64,000 nt of DNA, taken from NCBI GenBank assembly GCA_964016885.1, contig OZ024745.1, forward strand, positions 67,518,001 to 67,582,000, read 5' to 3'. Each line of letters starts with the position of its first letter. The first letter of the stretch is position 1. The notes beneath the pieces were generated by a model that ran no database searches, was not told the DNA's origin, and saw only the letters and a program-made list of their open reading frames with translations. The position numbers and the translations under genes are program-made. Shown here in pieces: positions 31,401 to 46,400 of this stretch. Source of the DNA: Eledone cirrhosa (Eukaryota).

Positions 31401-32946
31401 ACACCACCCCCTTCTATGTAAAGTTATGTCGGTGCCACGCCATCCAGGCCGAAACAAATGAGATCGTGTCGGTGTCACGACAAAAAAACACACAGTCCAC
31501 GCTGTAATGTGGCCGTGTAGGCAACACGGTAAAAACCTCCCAGACCCACACTGTAAATGTGGTTGGTGTTAGGAAGGGCATCCAACTGTAGAAAACCTGC
31601 CAGACAGTCCTAATGTGAGCAAGACAATCACTCTTGCCTCAAGTGGGAATACCGCCGTCCAAACCCATGCAAGCGTGGAACACGGACGTTAAACGTTGAT
31701 GATGATGATGATGATGATTCTGGCTCTCTGCTCTCGTAGTTCAAATTCCGCTGAGGTCAACTTTGCCTTTCATCCTTTCGAGGTCGATAAAAAAAAGTAC
31801 ATGTCCAGTACTGGGGTCAATTCTTCCTCTATATCTCTTTCTCATTTCCTCTCTCACCTTCTATCTTTCTCTGGAAGAAATCTGCTGTCCTTAGGCCTGG
31901 AGAGGGATAGGCTCCGCCAAGGCTTAAAATACCCAAGAAATCCATATGTCAATATGTTACCCTACGACTATCAGGAGTTATTGACCATACATAAATACAT
32001 ATATAAACAAATTATGTCAACTATATTTTACAAAAAGAAGTTATACAATGATGGGTCAAACTTGAATTGTGTTTCAAATTGAATAGAAACTTACATGGAA
32101 AAATAACCAATGTAGATAATGTTTTCTCACCTGTTGTTGATTTAATAATAGTAGATTCTGTAGCTGATATATAGGTTGTGTACATCACAGAGGTTGATGC
32201 TAAAATAAAAAAGATATAATTAAAAGAAATAACAATATATTTAGGATATTGAATTTAAATTTTATAACATTTTAGAGATGAGCAAACTAGGATTAAATAT
32301 GTTTACATTTTTCCCAGTATTTGTGCAAATATATTAAATGAAGATAAAATGAAAATAAAATGTAGAAAACAATTTACTTTGAATAACTTAGAAAATTCTC
32401 TGTTTAAAGCATTTTGATATATGTAATTAATGTAAACCTGATCAGACCTGCTAACCAATAAAACCCAAACAGAGAGTACCATGAAAAAAAGTGCCCCAAA
32501 ATGGAGAGAAATGAGGCATTTCACAAGAGAAGACATCTCTCACCCACCCCAAAGTAGTGGGAGATCTCCTCGTCGGACAGGGGGAGTTGACAGGTCTGCT
32601 AGATTTAGGTTCCTTGAAAAACGACCTGAACAAATTAATTGAATGTTACTATATAAATCATCTTATAATGAGAAATGTCATTCAAATCTTTGTGGTGTAA
32701 CATTAAATATATATATATATATATATATATGGTAGTCATGTTTGCCAAAAGGCCTCATGGATGACTGGCTGTATCATTGGTGTGACTTGTCCATATAAGG
32801 GTATAAACTATCCATTCAATTATAAATATTCTTCATAGAAGAGTTTTAGAATGAATTGATTGTATTTTATAGATACAGATACATATATACATTTATATAT
32901 ATTTTTTATGTTTAGGGAGTGCTTATGTGTGTAGGTGTGTAGCTTA

Positions 32947-32994
<48 letters not shown>

Positions 32995-33180
32995 CGAAGG
33001 AAATGTGGTAAGGAACCAGGTGGACCATAACGCACCAAAGTACTCAATACTTAGGGTAGTAGAGTGGGTAATAGGAACCAGTAAGGCCCGACGGCTGAGC
33101 TCAAGCCGTCTCGATGGCTAATTCGCCATAGAATTACCCATCGAAACGGCTTGCGCTCAGCCGTCGGGGTCTTACTGGTT

Positions 33181-33248
<68 letters not shown>

Positions 33249-36200
33249 TAAAAGGAAAAGAAAATGCTGACAAATTTTTCCCAGTGAAAAATAGTTTAAT
33301 TAGGAATAAGTATAAATTAGTAATAAGTATTGGTTAGTATTCAGTTTTAGTTTTAAGTTTTTACCAGTTGCGCATTTCTAATGCTTTTCAAAAATAATTT
33401 TGAGATAGAGCGCTCGTGATGTTTGCTATATGGATTCAAATAATTTCAGTTATCAGGGTATTGTATTTAATTTCTATCTTACAATAATTCATCATATGAT
33501 CTTTTAGATTTTGGAATAAATTCAATTTAATTAATTTTGTGCCAAAATTCACTACTTGGTTCAGTTATTAGCAAGTCAGCTGGACAACTGAAGAACTGAT
33601 GTTCCAAATCATGTCAACAACAGCATGCTATATTGTTGGTAAAGATCCCAAATGTTAATCATGCAGGTGATGGCACAGTCAAGTTAATTATAAAGGGGAC
33701 TACATAGATGGATTTCACTACTGTATAGTCTGCAATGCTCAACTCAAATCAAAAATGGGTACAACTTATATAAACTTTCACCTCTACTAATGTGAGATGT
33801 CTATAATGATATAGGTTGCATTTGCAGAGTGTAAAACTGTTGTTACCAACAGATATAAGAGCTCCTTGAGTTTCTTCCACCCATTCCACTACAACACTCT
33901 ACAAAGTGGCAAATTGACAGAGTTATTAGAACATCAGATTAGATTCCTTGATATTTGGTCTGGCTCACTTAGCAATGATTTCAGATCTTGCCAAGATCAT
34001 CTTTCCTTTTTGACCTTCCATGGTTGATAAATAAAGTACCAGTCAAGTGGGTGATGGATAAGAGCCAGACAAGATGCCTTGCAGTATCTGATCTGGTTCT
34101 GTGTGTTCTCAGTTCAAATCTGCCAAGAGTTGTGCCCACCAGATAATACCAGCAATGGAAAGAGTAATGGAAATAGTGTTTCCTTGGTCAGATCTAAAGA
34201 TCAGTTCCTTTACTTTTACTTTTCTTTCATTCCCCTAAAATGAAATGCTGCTAAAATTCTCATAATGCAAATAAAATTCTTCTAAATCAAAACTGACAAT
34301 AATAAAAGATAGCATATATGAGGTATGAATTAGGTCAAGTTGTAAAGTTAAAAACTCACTACATCCAGCTTCATCATCTCCCAAATTGCAATCATAAATG
34401 CCATCACAAACTTTAGTTTTGTTAATACATTCTCCATCTTGACATTGGTATTGGTCCATATCACATTTACAAGTGATACAAGTCATGGTTCCAGCTTGAC
34501 ATGTGCTATATTTTATAATGATATAAAAGTACTAAATTTTTTATTTAATCAATAAATATATAAATGTTTAAATAATTATACAAAATTTTTTTATTTAATC
34601 AATTTTACCTAACAGAAGACTCAATATATGTCACACATTTTCTTTATAATAATATTGATGTCTAATGTTTTCAAAAAGTGATAGATTATGAGAGTGGATA
34701 CAATTGACTAAATTCACCTTGACTGACATTTATTTTATGAGTTTGGAAGGATCATCATCATTTAACGCCTATCTTCCACGCTAGCATATAAATCTAAATT
34801 GACTCCAGCGGGATTAGAACTCAAAACAGTTTATGTGTGATGAAGTTTTCATAAATTAATTTGTTATTTAACAGTGTTGATACCAACACACTTGACAGCA
34901 CCTCTAATAGTGCTGAGAAATTACATTCCATAACACCTAAAGTATCAAGAAAATCATCTACCCAAAATGATGAATAAAATTCTACTCTAAAAATGTTCTC
35001 TGTGAGCTTTTTCCAATGTAATTTTCTTTAGCATATTATAGGATTCATCCAATTTTTCATCACTTAAAATATACATTATTAAAATGACCACCATTTATAA
35101 AACTATGACATTTTATTCTTTACAAGCCAATGAGGGATTTTCTATGCAGTCACTAATTTTGAGAGAATTAGCAACTGAATCTCCTTTACATCATAAACAA
35201 TCCTCTTATCAAAAGGCATAATAAATCAGATAATGACATTTTTTTAATTCCTTAGAAGACTGTCCAAGTGTAAAATACTGCTTCAAAAATGTCTCATCCA
35301 ACACATGCCAGCATGGAAAAGCAGATATAAAAATGATGAAAATAAATGAATAATGTAATTTGAAGAATATTATATAAATAAAAAAAATATGAGCTTGTCA
35401 TGCTTGAACACCTTTCACTATAGTTGTCCTCAATCAAAGATGACTTATGGTTATGCAATAGTGACAAATTTCCCCTTTATTTTTAATTGGTAGGTCTAGA
35501 GGAAGGGACATGGCCCATGGCTTTCATGGGCATTAAAAGACTGGAGAAATTGATGCCACTGATGTTAAGTTTAAATTGTTGTAAGTTCATTTCTTTGGGA
35601 AAACAGGAAGATGGAGAGAGTTCCAGAGGGCTGACGTTCTTGAAACAAATGACTGGGACTGGGTAATGTGAGTCCTGGGATGTTGAACATAATACGGAGA
35701 GACAAGTGAGTCAAAGGTGCCTTAGATGATATGGCATGCGTTCAGCAAACACCAAGTAGCAGAGACCATTTAAGTAATGGTACATATGGCAGTATGATCA
35801 AAAGCTAGAAGATTCACTGAACCATTTATTCAGATTATCTAACATTTACTTGAACAAATTTGATAAAAGAAATAGTTTTGATTGATATGTCTTTATATAA
35901 TTGAGTTCAATATACAATAAATGTACTTAAAAACTAAACTTACCAGTTCTTACAATTATTCTTAACAATGAATGTACCGGATGGATAAATATTATCCTCA
36001 TCAAGACACGGGCATTCTGTTTTAGGTATACATTTATCACCTGTAAAATATTTAATAATTTAATATACATTTTAAGAAACAATAATGGCTATTCTTCATA
36101 TCCTATACCATCACCAGCATTATATTATTATAACAAACAAGCCTCATTACAATTAGATGTAAATTGATATGTATTTTTTTTCATCTTTCTCCTCATCATA

Positions 36201-38177
36201 ATCATTACTACCATCATAAGCAACATTGTTTCTATGCATATTTTACCATGATAGTTTGAGTTGGATAAGTCTGGACTACATAATAGATTTATTTACCTTT
36301 ATTCTGTATTAACTCATCTAGGAGACACCAATTTCTCAGATTTGACTCTCAAATTTCTTTGGTCTGCCTCTACTTTCGCTATCAATTCACAATATTTTCT
36401 CACTGCATGATTCCAGCACAACTATCTCCGCAACCAATATCACCCAATTACATCAATTCATAAATGTTTTTTCTGTTTACTTTCACTTAGACATAAATTA
36501 ATATTGAACATTTAAAGAACTCCAATCAAGTTATTCTCCTTTAGTCATTAAAGATATTCAATATTAATCCTTCATGACCAGGTTGCAGAACAAGTGAAAA
36601 CTTCACTTTTTGCATAAAGGGAGATGTCCCCTAATGAATAAATTCCTCATCCAAAATACTATAATTTCACAGTTGCAGAATTTATTTATTACATCCATCT
36701 AAGAAATTCTTGACCTTTATTTTAAAGCTACATCTAAAGTTATACTTGAGAGTCATATTTGTTTGGTAAGTAACTGAGAGTGTTAATTGAAACTGAAATA
36801 ATTATATTGTGAAAGACTTGCTCTAGCTATTTAAAAGCACACAATACTATTACATTCATTTTCATCTATTTCTAAATGGTAAGTGTCAGAACCTTTTTGT
36901 CTCCCATTCTGTAACCTTGTCGTTGATGATATTCCATTGCATGAGTTACCAGATTGCAGAAATATGACGAAACCTTTTGACTCTTCATAATAGACTGTAC
37001 TCTTAAGAAATAAATGAAAAGTGAATACAACAGTTTTCTGTGTTTTTAAATGTCTAGAAATGACTTCTACAATGTAATTGTCTAGTAATAGGTTTCTGTT
37101 AATTTTCCAGGGATCTTATTGCATCTTTTGTGTACACATTGATTACATATAGTTTAGTAAGTAATATCATGTTCCTATGTACACCATTTCTGCATATAGG
37201 GATAAAGCACCTGATAAAGAGAAGTGGTCTCATAAATTCTTCATTGACTATCCTAACTTCCCATCCCCTTTAACTACAGAATCTTCACAAATCATTTATT
37301 TAAGACTTTGCAAATAATTTCTCTTGAAATTATTAATATGAAGCTTTAAGTCATTGTATTAATATTTGAGATCTCATCAAAAATTATAGTCTCCGGTTTG
37401 TTTTCTTCATTGTTATAACAAGAGAAAATAAACATATATATAATAAACTCTTTTTAAATTCAACCTTTTATATTGATGCTACTTTGTTCAATAAGTTACA
37501 GTATAAAATTTCAATAAGTACAAAAAATAAAATCCAAGAAATCAAATTATAATCTGCCTCAATATAATAACATTAACCTTTAGTGTGCCAGTAATTTTTA
37601 TTAATTGTTTCCCTTGACACTGCATTATTTATTAAGGGGAGATTACTCTATGGTGCATTATGTTGCCAATAGTGTGCTAAAGATTAAATAGCTTACCATC
37701 TTCTACTTGGCCTTCTGGACAGTAGCAGCCTTCAGTGCAGTATGTGTTATTATCAACGATATGGGAATTACTTAAATCTCTGCATGTTTGTGGGTTAGCT
37801 GGTCCACAAGCTTTGTATACTCGACCACCAGTACACATAACACCTGAAAATGACAAATTGAACAATAACTCATCAGATTAATTTTAGAAAGATTATACTA
37901 AACATTCAAAAAAGCTGGGATTATAATTTGAATTTAAATTACCAAATACAGATTTCTTACACAAGAAGAGAAATGCAATTGACTTATATTTCGGATAAAT
38001 TGCCTTTAAAAGATGCTGACAATATTCAACTCATCTGTGAATGTTTATTAATTCAAAATTGTTACATCCTAGCCACTCAGGAGATGGGTCAAGTTGAACT
38101 TCATAAAAATGGGCAATATATATATATATATCATTGTTTAGCGTCCATTTTTCCATGCTTGCATGGGTTAGATGGCA

Positions 38178-38227
<50 letters not shown>

Positions 38228-38248
38228 GTATATATATATATATATATA

Positions 38249-38282
<34 letters not shown>

Positions 38283-41200
38283 TATATATATATTTATATA
38301 GTACATATATATATAGTATATATATATATATATAATGACATTTTTTTTTCTCAGAAAACATGCATTTTTATTTTCAAAATACTTTACTAATCTTCATAAT
38401 TACGCAAAATTAATTATTTTTCTTAGTATATTTTCCCAATATCTATTGCAGTTGTATGCAATACACTTGAATTTTCTTGGACAAAAAAGAACAAATTTCA
38501 GGAAGAGTTACATAGTCTTTGACCTTCTCATTGAAAAGGTGAGCCGAGGCAAATTTTCATTTAACTAACTGTGGTCTACAATTTGGAGCATTCATACAAA
38601 GGTTCCCTTTAGATATCAAGATATATATAATCTGGCATCTTTTTATTTCCCGGCAAAAATTTAGCAACATACCACAAAGTTCAGAGGAACGCCAATTTAC
38701 AGGAACACCATTTGTAGCACATTTGGTTGCGAAGTTGGCCACAGCAGTACAAAGACATTCACAATCACCTCCAAGATTACAGCTAAAATATTGAAGAGAT
38801 AGTTTTGAAGCAAAATAATTTGATATTAAAATATATAATTGTTTCTACTTTTGGCAAAAGGCCAGCAATTACCCAGTACATTACTGGTACTTTATTTTAT
38901 CGACCCCGTAAGGATGAAAGGCAAAGTTAATCTCGCTGCAATTTGAACTCAGAATGGCAAGGGGCGTAACTATGCGTCAAAGCATGGTGTCCGACCCTCT
39001 ACCTATACTGCCAATCCACCGCCATTGATATTAAAATATATAATATCATAATAATATACATAATTTTGGTATATAAACCTGATTACAAGATTCAATTAAA
39101 TTACCAGCAATGAATCTGTTAAAAATGAATTGATCATTTAATCCTGTAACAAAAATAACATTGCTATTTAATTTTGATTATTAGCATTATTATTAGCTAC
39201 ATGAGGACGGTGGATTTGCAGTATCAGTAGAGTGTCAGAAATCATAGCATAGAGTTATGGCCTTTACATTCTGAGTTCAAATCCCACCGAAGTTAGCTTT
39301 GCCTTTCACCCTTACGGGGCCAATAAAATAAAGCACCAGTAGTGCATTGGGGTCGATTTAATCGACTTTACTCTCCCCCAAAAAAAAAAATTTGCTGGCC
39401 TTGTGCCTATAGTAGAAATCGTTATTATTAGCTATGTGGATTTCTTCCTTTCCAATTCATATAAATGATTAACTTGGTTTTGTTTCAGTAGGTGTTTAAT
39501 ATGAAGATTTACACTTAAGACATACCAGGAAATTAATAACATGCAATAACATTGCAGATTGTTGAATGGAACAATAATTTTTATTTTTGTTTCATAATTA
39601 TCTTGTTTATTTACCTGTTTATTACAAGTTTGAGCATTAATCCTTATTAATAAAAACATAATTTCACAAATCTTTTTAAGGTTTATGTCCTCAATATATC
39701 CATATAACATCCATATAATCTATTAGAAATATGAGATAATTCTTTCGTGTTTTGTTTATTAATGTACTTTAAAAATTTTCAAAATAATAATATTCAAATG
39801 AAAAAAGAATGAAGCAATGAATGAGAGGAAGGTAGAGAGGGCGAGACAGACTACACCCCAGTCTGAGTAGTGATTCAGCCATACCCAACAAATAAAGTGA
39901 TACCCACTGCAACAGAAACCCTGCTTCACAGGGTTCCTTCCTCAAGGAAGGATATCTTTTCACTTTTGTGATATCTTTTCGCTTTTGTGGAGAAGATAAT
40001 TTTGTAATCAAAGTCAAACATTGTACAAAAGTTTGCTGTTACAACAACTTCCTTTTATTAAATGTATGTCTTATTAGATATTTTAGTATTAAGCACATTT
40101 CTCAAACAGAATAGAAATATTTAATTATTTATCATTTTCAATAATAATGGAGTAAATATGCTTACCCACAAGCATCAAACAGACAATCGTCATAAAATTC
40201 TTTAACAACATTATCAGGTAGGATATTACGACAGCTTGCAAACAAAGGACCTTTCTTTATTGTACCACAACTTTCCATAGCCCATTGTTTCCTTATAGAG
40301 TTGAACTAAAATTGAGATATTAAAATTCATTTATTTACATATTATAGAAACCTTTTTTTAACAAAAGAATTATCTGATATCATAACATTCATAACGTAAT
40401 ACAGTGTTTAATCAACATTTAAATAGTAAAGAAATTAGTATTCTAAAGGTTGTTACTTGAGACAGTTTCTATAAGCAGCAATAAGATGTTTTTTTACTAA
40501 TAACTCTTTCTTAACCCTTTAGCATTTACATTACTCTATATTTAATATTGTGTTTTCACGGTAAACACTTTAACTTACATAATTATCTCACATAATACTG
40601 AATCTATGAGATTTTGATATTATTTATTTTGAGAACGATACCTTAACATAAGTATGAGTGGCCAGTTACAGCTAGTCTGAATAGAAAGAGCTGAGATAAT
40701 TCTGGCCGGATACAGCCAGTTGAAATGCTAATGGGTTAAATAATATTATGAATCAATATTTGATAAGTTTTTTTATTGCAGTATATATTTATAATTAATA
40801 TTTGAAAATAGTTCTTTATGGGTTGGTACTTTATTTTATTTACAAAGTTGGCTTAAAAACCATTGATGATTACATAAATATGAAGAAAGATAAAAGCAAA
40901 ATTAAGTAATGAGAAAAAGTGGAAGAACAGCAGATCTGGGTGTATGGGAAAGTAAAAGAAAGGATTATAAATTCCATAAAGGAGAGGAAGAACAAGGACT
41001 CTTGGGCCACAGAAGAAAGGGAAGGGAAGAGGGTGATGGGCTCTGGGCCTAGGGTAGGGCTGTTTTTCTGCTGTACCTTGCAAAAAAAACTGTAACGTAT
41101 ATTTATACTTAATATTGTAGTCATAAAGTGCATTGTACCTATTAAAATGATGATTTTTTTTCTATCCAAGAGTCAAACTGTTTTTATATGAACATGAAAT

Positions 41201-43368
41201 TAAAAAAACAAAATTGCTTACAACACAAGGGTGGACATTATTTTCAGGTTTATTCTGAGGAACCAATGGACAATCAAAAACTCTCCAACTGTGTGCAAAA
41301 GCTGAAGCAACACGTTCAATAGATTTACACCTTGACATGAAATCATTGGTAGAATCTTGATCAAAATTACCACACAGTCCTTGAACTTTTCCCATCCATT
41401 TATCTGTTAAATGCACATATACCCTGGTACCTACAAAGTGTAAAAATTAAAATATTAAGACACTAAAAATATTTCTTTATTTTCCTTTAAAGATAACGAT
41501 GAATGCTTCAAATGTTTTTATGTAATGTCTTAATTAGAAACAGACAGATTTGTTGTCATTTATCATTTATATATCGGTTATTGTCTTTAATTATTTATGC
41601 AGGTTGAATATTTTTAATTTGGCTATCTTTGGAGCAGACCATCGTTCAACAATAAAAGAAAATGCTGGAAAACAGAAATTAATCACTAAGGAGACAGTTT
41701 TGTTATCTCATTCCATTTATGTATTCATGTCTTATCAAAGTTAGAACAAATAATACAATTAATAATGCTTCTGGAGAAAGTTTTTATTATTATGCATTAT
41801 TCTGTGTAGAAAAGAAATTTAAATGAATGTAACATGTCTTGGTTATAGAGCTGAATCATTGGTGCAGTTAGTAGCAAAGTGTAGACCAAAAACATTGTTT
41901 ATTAATCATCAAGTAAGTATCTTATATCAAAATATGTTTACACTTTGAGTCAATGCCAGCAGAGTTACAGTGTTCTTTAGCTTCACACACAAAGTAATTT
42001 TCAAACTATTCAAGAAAAAGTTTAGCTGTTATCTCCATGTTTATTACGACAGTAAATAAGAGGAACATTCTTGCTACTTTAATGGATCTTGTGTTAACTC
42101 TCTTATAAATTACCATCAGCTTGGTTTTCTGTGTTCGTTGAACTTTACAACAGCCATGCACTGTTAATCTACCTCTGGAGTACAACACCCTCCACCACCC
42201 TTCCTCAATTTATTGAGTGGGAGTTTTTCATGATTCATCAAATTTATACATTTGTTCTGGGATAAAGTTTTCAATTGCTTCTGACTGTGCAAATTCATCA
42301 GCAAACTTTCTTTTAGCTTCATTTATCTCATAACAGAAATTACTTTATAAATGTGCTGTATAGTTCAATAGTCCAATAGTCCACCTTTCAATTTTTTTCC
42401 AAAAGTTTTTTTAAGAATTATTTGCATTTTCAGCAAAAAAAAGCCCCTTCAAAATGTGTTCCAGTATTTATATTTAAATGTTCTTAAAATTGAGGTCAAT
42501 GTTTATCTGAAGTTCTAAAAAGAATTTACTGCATATTTGCAAATTTAATGTGATACAAGGAAATTAAATAAAGAAAATTCTTTCATAAATATTTATTTTT
42601 AAAACATAGAGAAACGTAAATGAATTACAATAATATAATACATGCTCATTACCTTGATCCCATTGGACAGTTAATCCTATGTCTGAAAATAATGAATAGT
42701 AGAAGTCTGATTTCTTTATTGAAAATCCAGGTGTTGTTATTCCTCTGTCAGAGATTTTAACGCCATCAATAGTTGGAATTTTGTCCATTACAAAATGAAT
42801 TGTATTATCAAGTAAATGGACAACAAGCTCTTTGGTGCAAGTAATAGCAGGAAAACCACATTTGACATTTTTTATAGTAATTGCAAATGTCTCATCGACA
42901 GCCTCTGTCAAAACATATTCACAATCTCCTTCAAATGAATAGTGAATACCATCAAAGGTGAAATAATGAGGATCACCTGATGCCCAACATGTGGCTAAAA
43001 TATAAGAAGAAATATAAAATTAAAGCAATTAACTGAGCAAAAGAATTAATACACAAAAATGTAAACAAAAATTAAATTCAAATGAAATATGCCTTTTACA
43101 GTCTAACCAATGGCCCCTGCAGTTAGTCAACCAAATTTCATTCACAAGGCTTAGGTCAATCCAAAGCTAAGATTCAACACTTGAACCAAGTTATTGCACA
43201 AACGTTTTTAACATGTTCATACTTGCCTTGATAATTATATTTTCAGTAGGAGGCTCAGATCAAAATATGTTTAAAACGTTAGTTTTACCATGAAATAGTA
43301 TATATTTCATGAATTTATTTTCTAATAATCATTGCCGAAAATCTATCTACATGCTTACTTCAACACCA

Positions 43369-43403
<35 letters not shown>

Positions 43404-46400
43404 TACACACATCACACACATAAAACAGCTCGTAATTTGTGTTACTTTATACATATTTTCCAGTTTGAGAATTTATATATAAATTTTACTCTTTGTAAAT
43501 TCATTGTAGAAATTTACCAAATCAAGATGACACTAAACTTAAATGTGTTCAAAAGATGTTCTCTTTTTGTTGAGCTTAATGTACCTCTTAATCAATAGTA
43601 ATATCAATGACAGTTGGTATTTTAAAATGTTAATAAAGATCAACAAACATCATGTATTTGTAGCCAATCTCTTGGACTTTTACGAAGCACTGAGGGGATA
43701 AAGTTAATATAAAGAGTGGTTTGCTCATGTGCAAAGATGAAAAAGAAGTTGCCATTGGCTGCTACAAGGAAATTAACCTCATATCACCCAGATGTCATGG
43801 TCAATGGCAACTTCTTTTCTGTCTTTAAGAGTCTTCACCCTATTTTATAGCATCTCCATGCTTGAGCACACCACATATTAACATTAATAAAGATGTTCAA
43901 TATAAAAATTCTAAATTTTAAGTTAAATTAGTCATTACTTCTATCTAGTTATATCAATAGAAAATACAATTTAAGAAACTCTTACCTGGACAATTATTCC
44001 GGACCCTTATATCAACCCATATAGCATTCAAACATTGCCTGAAAAATCATATTTCATATAAAGTTTATTCAACTCATACATGTAATTAATGAGTTTTACA
44101 TTTACTTTCAATATTCATATATATTTACAAGTTTCTATCCTTTGTTGGCCAAATAAATATTTTTATCCTTATCTTTATATTCTTCTAAAATAAGTTTCAT
44201 TATGATGAGCGTGCATTCTGGTACTTGTGTATATTTATTTGTTCATTATATTTTACACAATTTAACAAAAGAAAGATTTTATGGATTACACATATTAAAA
44301 ATGTAGTAAATGCATTTATATAACAAATTCATGTTTATCATTTTTATATTACTCTGTTATTAATGGATAATGGATAAATTATACAAATTTTAGGAATAAA
44401 ACTATAAATACTATTTTTCTAATTATTTTGTTGATGGTAATTTTTTATAGAAACAGAATGAAAAGAAAACCTCAGTGTGACACGTTCTCCATCTCCAACC
44501 TAGTTGCTTCAACCACAAATCCTGGTACTGCAGCCCGCAATGCAGAAAACAAGCAAATACCAGGGCTTGACCAGCCACTTCCTCTTTGCACCGGTTGCTG
44601 TCAAGACCTCAGGTGTGCTTGAGCTCCATATTGCTGAATTCCTCCATAAAATCGGAATGTCAGCAGCCCATCTGAGGAAGGAGCCCCGTGAGGTGAGGTG
44701 ACCATTGCAGCAGGTGTCACTGGCCATTGTCCACAGAAATGCTTTTTCAGTTTTATCTATGGGGCACAGCAGAAACACCACCCAGCCCTAAGCATAGAGT
44801 CTATCACCCTCTCTCCTTCCTTTTCTTCTGAGGCCTAATAGCCATCGCCTTTTCCCTCCCTTTCCTCTGATTTATGACATTTATAGGCCTTTCTTCTACT
44901 TTCCTATACAACCAGATCTGCCCTTCTTTACCCCTTCCCCCTCAGTTTATTACTTAATAATGTTTTATCTTTTTTTCATATTTCCATCATTGTATAACTT
45001 CCTTTTGTAAAATATAGTTGACATAATTTGTTTATGTAAAATTGATTTTTTTTTTAAATTCAAAGTTATAAGCAAGATGTTACTGTAACCAGTACATCTT
45101 GTCATGTTTTCATCTACTAAATATCATTTACAGAATGGTAACAATTGTATTAAAATCAATTACTTAGTTGTTAATTTGCTATTAATGTAACAACTTTGAC
45201 TAACCATCTATAAGTTTTTTTGTATTTCACTGTATATTTTTTTTATTTATAAATTTCTCTATAATAATGTAAATTAGTTCAAAAACTCAATTGTTATGGC
45301 TTTATAGATTAAATAATTGTTTCTACTTTTGGCACAAGGCCAGCAATTACCCAGTGCATTACTGGTACTTTTATTTTATCGACCCCGTAAGGATGAAAGG
45401 CAAAGTTAACCTTGGTGGGATTTGAACTCAGAATGGCAAGTTATAGATTAAATAATGCATCTGACTTAGATTATGTACACCATATCCCTACATGTTGTAA
45501 GAAGCAACTAAAATGGCATGACTAAATTCTTTACTCACAATTCTTTGCATCCAATTTTCAAAGTACTCTGTGGCATCATCCACGTTTCTCCATAAGGGCA
45601 AGGGCAAGCTTGTTTTTCAATACAAGTACCCTATTAAGGAAAACATGCAGTTATAGTTAGTCAACGATAAATATATATAAAAATATATGTATTTCATTAT
45701 TACTGTAAAATATCACTCTCTTCTCATTGGCATCTGGCATGCTCGACCACCACCTACTACACAATTCCTCACCGATTACCTATACTTTCCCTAATATTAC
45801 CTTTTCCATAATACTCTCAATTTTAAATTATATATATATATTTATCAGACCCATGCTAGAGTAGAAGATGGACGTTAAACGATGATGATGATGATGATGA
45901 TGATGATGATATATTTATAATAATAATTGTTTCTACTTTTGGCACAAGGCCAGCAATTACCCAGTGCATTACTGGTACTTTATTTTATCGACTCCGTAAG
46001 GATGAAAGGCAAAGTTAACCTCGGCGAGATTTGAACTCAGAATGGCAAGGGCCGTAACTCTATGCGTCAAAGTATGGCATTCGACCCTCTACCGATACTG
46101 CCAATCCACCGCCATTATAATAATAATAATAATAATAATGATGAAGCAAAGGAGAGATTGGTGGCAGGAGTAAGAAAAAAAGAAGGTCCTAAGCAGTGAT
46201 GAATCAAAGGAAAAGGGAAAATTTATACAAGACAGACAGAATGACACCTTGAATAGGTGGAAAGGAAACAAATATATGGTCAATTCTTGTGAAGAATGCC
46301 TAAGACATTTGACAAAAATAAGAACTGGAAATGGACTAGGAAAAGCGACTTAGAAATTGAAACTGAAGCCATTATTTTCACAGCCCAGGAAGAGGCACTG

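Noticed and set aside
37928-38361. YI-repeat ORFs (also 58617-59275 and 63539-63721)
   Set aside because: Microsatellite translations.
39205-39290. tRNA gene
   Set aside because: A and B boxes are present but continue into a SINE body; no cloverleaf.
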